From IMG/VR virus record IMGVR_UViG_3300020202_000030, positions 1 to 44,919 of that record: DNA of 44,919 nucleotides; one strand, 5' to 3'. Position numbers and translations under genes: made by a program. Shown piece after piece: positions 41,534-44,919 of the stretch (the first letter of the stretch is position 1; each line of letters opens with the position of its first letter). The DNA comes from a virus. The notes below the pieces were generated by a model that saw only the letters and a program-made list of their open reading frames with translations, was not told the origin of the DNA and did no database searches.

Positions 41534-42311
41534 ATTCATGTCGAAGAAACCAACGTTCAAAGCTCAGGTAAACGGTCTCTTTGGTAAGGGAAAAACTCAT
41601 TTCTCAATGACTTTTCCTAAAGTTTTCTACTTAGGGACCGAACCAGGAGGGCTTGATATTCTACAGGTTGAGGGTAATAAAAGTCTACTAAATAATTTAG
41701 TACACTACGATTACTTCCTACCATCAACCGCTCAAGAAATCAAGCAAATGTATCAAGAAAATGTTGGGACTATCTACTTGGCGGCTCGAAAAGCGAAGGA
41801 AATGTATGCCACTGGAGAGGTAGAAACTCTAGTACTTGATAACTTAACTTACTTGTCAGAGAAGTTTTGGAGCTACATTAATCTCTACGACAAAGTGATA
41901 TCAGCTAAGACTGGGAACATTGACACTCAAGCTATGTACGGCAACTTAGCGCGGTGGTTATTTAAATTCATCACAATGGAGATAGTTAATTTCCCCGGCA
42001 ACGTAGTAGTCACTTGTCACTTGAAGAAAGAAAGTGATGAAGCGATGGAGGACAAGATCGATAAATCAGTTGAGATCGTCCCAAACATCCTCGGTGGATT
42101 TAGAAATCAAGCTGAGGGGATTTTTGGGGCCTCACTTTACCTCGATCGTGAAATGAGCGCTGATGGTAAGTCCTCAAAGTTCATCGCTTATTGTCAGGAG
42201 ACTAAGGCGTTTGGGTCTAAGATTCTGGCTAAGAATCGGTATGGCTTACCTGTCAAAGTCGAGAATGTTAGTTACCAGAGTTTACTCGAAGCAATTAAGG
42301 CAACTAAATAA
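41517..42311 (+). CDS. Sak4-like AAA_24 ATPase (RecA-fold recombination protein)
   Basis: Walker A GLFGKGKTHF, then YLGTEPGG. ATG at 41517, 6 nt after GAGG, inside track ORF 41505..42311. Confidence 0.7.
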   Translation: MPSRDEFMSKKPTFKAQVNGLFGKGKTHFSMTFPKVFYLGTEPGGLDILQVEGNKSLLNNLVHYDYFLPSTAQEIKQMYQENVGTIYLAARKAKEMYATGEVETLVLDNLTYLSEKFWSYINLYDKVISAKTGNIDTQAMYGNLARWLFKFITMEIVNFPGNVVVTCHLKKESDEAMEDKIDKSVEIVPNILGGFRNQAEGIFGASLYLDREMSADGKSSKFIAYCQETKAFGSKILAKNRYGLPVKVENVSYQSLLEAIKATK

Positions 42312-42326
42312 CAAAAGGAGATATAA

Positions 42327-42938
42327 ATGTCACAAGGCTTCAACGTGTACGATCCAATTGAGATAGATAATTTAGACGAAGTTAAGCAAATTAAGAATAT
42401 AATTCCACCCACTTCAGACGTGCGCTTAGCTATATCACGAGTTAAGCCGGAGAAGAATAAGGATGGTGATACTGCTTACCTCGCTGTGTCATTCAAAATA
42501 GTTGACGGCATCCTTACTCCCATCCTCGACAACAAAGGTGAACCAACCGGAGAAGCTGAGCTTAAGTATAGGGGTGCTCTAGCGACTCAATATCCCCAAC
42601 GATTCATTTACTGGATGAGTCCAGATAAGGTGCAGACCAAAGTTAACTTAGCGAAGAAAGAGAAGTCTAAGGAGTGGTGGAAAAATAAACAGTATCTCCT
42701 AGAATTCAAGCAACTCCTAGTGGCATGTGGAATCGATCCTAAACTCGATGAGTTTAAGATTGATAACAGGCTCCAAATTGATCAGTTAATATCAGCGCTT
42801 AAGGACAAAGAGTTAATTGGCAACATAACGCAGAAAGAGGATCAAGCTAAGGTGAGTGATCCCGAAACTGGTGAGGTGAGTTGGAAGGGTGTTGGAACGT
42901 ACCAAAACGAAGTTAAGAACTTGAGGAGAGCATCCTAA
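42327..42938 (+). CDS. DUF669-like protein (putative ssDNA-binding partner of Sak4)
   Basis: The N-terminal pattern and the position directly after an AAA_24 gene are typical of DUF669. AAGGAG SD. Confidence 0.5.
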   Translation: MSQGFNVYDPIEIDNLDEVKQIKNIIPPTSDVRLAISRVKPEKNKDGDTAYLAVSFKIVDGILTPILDNKGEPTGEAELKYRGALATQYPQRFIYWMSPDKVQTKVNLAKKEKSKEWWKNKQYLLEFKQLLVACGIDPKLDEFKIDNRLQIDQLISALKDKELIGNITQKEDQAKVSDPETGEVSWKGVGTYQNEVKNLRRAS

Positions 42939-43358
42939 ATGGTCGAAGGGGGGAGTCCTAAGTCAATTAACTTTAGGATTCCCTCACTTCCCCCATCGGT
43001 GAATAACCTCTACTACCACATTAAAGGTCACTTTGGAGAATATCAGTATGTCCTCAAACCGGAAGTTAGACTCTGGAAAACTAAAGCCAAGGAGTTCATT
43101 CCTCTCTTTAAACCAGTGGATCATCCCACAGGACTCCTGTACCTCCATTTCACCGCAGTCGCGAGTTGGTATTATAAAAACGGGTCCATTAAAAGGCGTG
43201 ACGTTGCTAATTTTGACAAGGTCATAGTAGATACCGTGTTTGAGAAACTTGGCATAGGGGATGAGTTTGTTTGGGATCGGCGCTGCACTAAGCGGCACTC
43301 GGAGACTGAGGAGTATGTTGAGGTGGAGCTAGGATACTTCGATCAGGGACTGGCTTAA
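42939..43358 (+). CDS. rusA: RusA-family Holliday junction resolvase
   Basis: IPSLPPSVNNLYY and KRRDVANFDKVIVDTVFEKLGIGDEFV parallel E. coli RusA LPWPPSNNRYY and RRRDLDNLQKAAFDAL...DDAQV. Confidence 0.75.
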   Translation: MVEGGSPKSINFRIPSLPPSVNNLYYHIKGHFGEYQYVLKPEVRLWKTKAKEFIPLFKPVDHPTGLLYLHFTAVASWYYKNGSIKRRDVANFDKVIVDTVFEKLGIGDEFVWDRRCTKRHSETEEYVEVELGYFDQGLA

Positions 43359-43480
43359 TGCGCCCGCTCCATAAGTTAATTATCTTATTACTGGTTTTGG
43401 TCTTACTTTGGCAACTCGATAGTTACTTTTATGATCGAGATTTGGAGAGGGATGCGGAGATTTGTTTGATTGATTATTGA
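43358..43480 (+). CDS. 40-aa membrane peptide (below cutoff)
   Basis: Hand-translated MRPLHKLIILLLVLVLLWQLDSYFYDRDLERDAEICLIDY. TAATG coupling to rusA. Confidence 0.35.
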   Translation: MRPLHKLIILLLVLVLLWQLDSYFYDRDLERDAEICLIDY

Positions 43481-43526
43481 GTTACCCAACAAATCACATC
43501 TTTAAAGAGTTTGTAGGTTAACTGAT

Positions 43527-43748
43527 ATGGGAGGGAGAATGAAGAGATTGATGGTGCTGATGCTTCTTTGGTGTACTCCGGTTTTGGCGTGTGGAAGTTA
43601 TGAGGAGTGCATAGAAAAAGATCGCGACTTGTGGACTTATTCGCATGGAGCAGAATATACGTTAAAAGCCATTGCCTACAAACTCGCCGACATAGAAAAG
43701 GCTATCAAGGAATCGAATAACCCCACACACCAAGAACAGAAGAGGTAG
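43527..43748 (+). CDS. Small lipoprotein-like secreted protein, copy A
   Basis: MKRLMVLMLLWCTPVLAC, a lipobox-like VLAC. An alternative ATG is at 43539. Confidence 0.5.
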   Translation: MGGRMKRLMVLMLLWCTPVLACGSYEECIEKDRDLWTYSHGAEYTLKAIAYKLADIEKAIKESNNPTHQEQKR

Positions 43749-43751
43749 GGG

Positions 43752-43937
43752 ATGAGTGAGTTAGACCTCAGAGAAGCAGTCCGGCGTCAGAATCACTTCA
43801 CGAAATGGTTTAGAGAAGAAGGGAGATTCTTTAGACCTTTGAAGCCATATGACGTTTTCTTAGCTGGTTATTGTGCGGGCGAGGCTGATGAAAAAGAGAG
43901 AAAGAAGAAGCCACACAAACGTAAAGGGGTTAGGTGA
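43752..43937 (+). CDS. Hypothetical basic protein, 61 aa
   Basis: Track ORF lying between the two paralogues. Confidence 0.45.
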   Translation: MSELDLREAVRRQNHFTKWFREEGRFFRPLKPYDVFLAGYCAGEADEKERKKKPHKRKGVR

Positions 43938-44129
43938 GTGGGTAAAATATTTATTTTCTCCATACTTCTTTGGTCTGCGCCTGTTTTGGCTTGTCCCGAT
44001 GGTCAAGAGAAAGCGCAGGATTTGGTTTTAATTCCCATGTTTATTGGCGATCAAATGTACATAATACCGAATTATCTGGATAGCTGTCGTGAGGCCGACC
44101 CCCAACCCCATACCCCAAAGGAGAGGTGA
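43938..44129 (+). CDS. Small lipoprotein-like secreted protein, copy B
   Basis: IFIFSILLWSAPVLAC. GTG start. About 26 of 30 nt identical to copy A across the signal-peptide core. Confidence 0.5.
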   Translation: MGKIFIFSILLWSAPVLACPDGQEKAQDLVLIPMFIGDQMYIIPNYLDSCREADPQPHTPKER

Positions 44130-44130
44130 A

Positions 44131-44298
44131 ATGAGTAAAGATTTTAGACATGAGCTCGAATGCTTAATCAATCGCTACAGCAAAGAGAACGGTTCAAATA
44201 CGCCTGACTTTGTTCTGGCTGATTACCTAAATGACTGTTTGAATGCTTTTGATATGGCAGTAAACCTTAGAGAGAAGTATTTTGGGCGCATCCAATGA
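44131..44298 (+). CDS. Hypothetical protein, 55 aa
   Basis: ATG at 44131 after AAGGAGAGG, inside track ORF 44089..44298. Confidence 0.5.
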   Translation: MSKDFRHELECLINRYSKENGSNTPDFVLADYLNDCLNAFDMAVNLREKYFGRIQ

Positions 44299-44513
44299 CA
44301 AATAACACCGGAATTAGGGAGGAGTTTGAGAAGGCGTTTCAGGAAGAATTTAAGAATAGCATTTATATGATTCACGCTCCTCAAATTGAATGGGCCGCAC
44401 GATGGATGGCTGATTATCTAGCCAATTGTTGTGGTGTAGAAATGGATAGCAATAATAAAGAGGCTTATATAACCGATAAAGAGATTCGCGCACTAGCAAA
44501 GGAACTGGAATGA
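44295..44513 (+). CDS. Hypothetical protein, 72 aa
   Basis: Track ORF with ATGA coupling. Confidence 0.5.
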   Translation: MTNNTGIREEFEKAFQEEFKNSIYMIHAPQIEWAARWMADYLANCCGVEMDSNNKEAYITDKEIRALAKELE

Positions 44514-44683
44514 GAAAAAGACCGTATCACCCATTTTCAGAAATAAATAATCAGAATAAAGAATCTGGTTATTACGAAACAGCGATAAACCCTACCGTTA
44601 TTCAAATGTATTGCAAAAAATGTGACCATTGGTGCGCTAAGAATAATCACATTTGTTTGGAATGGTGTTCAGAGCATAAATGA
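44510..44683 (+). CDS. Cys-rich mini-protein, 57 aa (below cutoff)
   Basis: Hand-translated MRKRPYHPFSEINNQNKESGYYETAINPTVIQMYCKKCDHWCAKNNHICLEWCSEHK. ATGA coupling on both sides. Confidence 0.4.
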   Translation: MRKRPYHPFSEINNQNKESGYYETAINPTVIQMYCKKCDHWCAKNNHICLEWCSEHK

Positions 44684-44871
44684 CTATGGAAAATAACAAT
44701 CTCCTGCACATAATCGAAGCTTGGATAAAAAAATCTCACCATCACGATGGCTGTGTTAGACGTTATCAGCCATACCCGCAGAGAAAGAATCGGGATATTT
44801 GTGACTGCCGAAGAAATTATATTCTTAGTGAATTAGAGTCCATATTAAGAACAGAGAAAACTCAAACATGA
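44680..44871 (+). CDS. Hypothetical His/Cys-containing protein, 63 aa
   Basis: Track ORF. Its 3' part lies in the terminal duplicate. Confidence 0.5.
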   Translation: MTMENNNLLHIIEAWIKKSHHHDGCVRRYQPYPQRKNRDICDCRRNYILSELESILRTEKTQT

Positions 44872-44919
44872 CCCAACACCCCCAAAAGAGTACGGAGGGG
44901 AAGAAGAGGAAGAGGCATA
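44793..44919. repeat. Terminal duplicate, copy 2 (identical to 1-127)
   Basis: Read directly. Confidence 0.95.

Larger units (their letters stand above)
1..44919. mobile_element. Complete temperate tailed-phage genome (podovirus-like gene order), circularly closed; unique length 44,792 bp
   Basis: Packaging/head/tail block, integrase plus excisionase, CI/Cro-type switch and replication/recombination genes are all present. nt 1-127 are identical to nt 44793-44919. Confidence 0.85.

Overview
This window is a complete, circularly closed genome of a temperate tailed phage with a podovirus-like gene order. Its unique length is 44,792 bp, and nt 1-127 are repeated exactly at 44793-44919. All family calls come from motif recognition by eye; no search or computation was run.

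Layout:
(i) 43358-44871 continuing into 76-2784 (+) is one run of small, translationally coupled, often Cys-rich early genes that crosses the artificial window junction.
(ii) 2856-6099 (-) is a leftward operon of small genes. Several tile perfectly but fall below the 60-aa cutoff of the ORF track.
(iii) 6220-33669 (+) is the late operon. It runs terS, terL, portal, scaffold and major capsid. A roughly 6-kb block follows, with two GT9-like glycosyltransferases, one GT2 glycosyltransferase and three SAM methyltransferases wedged between head and tail genes. After it come adaptor-, nozzle- and fibre-like proteins, internal-virion-like proteins, unusual signal-peptide and repeat proteins, and two holin-like proteins. 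No endolysin is recognisable.
(iv) 33862-36212 is cargo: an HNH endonuclease, three ribbon-helix-helix (RHH) proteins behind a near-consensus sigma70 promoter with repeated operators, and two unknown proteins.
(v) 36209-38237 holds xis, a tyrosine integrase and a 620-bp AT-rich attP-like region with 28-bp direct repeats.
(vi) 38238-43358 holds a short CI-like repressor and Cro-like switch, a replication initiator with internal iteron-like repeats, a G39P-like loader, a Cas4-like nuclease, a Sak4-like ATPase, a DUF669-like protein and RusA.

No rRNA, tRNA or CRISPR array was seen. The strongest candidate for an undescribed system is the glycosyl/methyl-transferase cassette embedded in the virion operon (14212-20304). 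The next candidates are the RHH-headed cargo region (34267-36212) and the secreted/repeat protein cluster (28714-30697).
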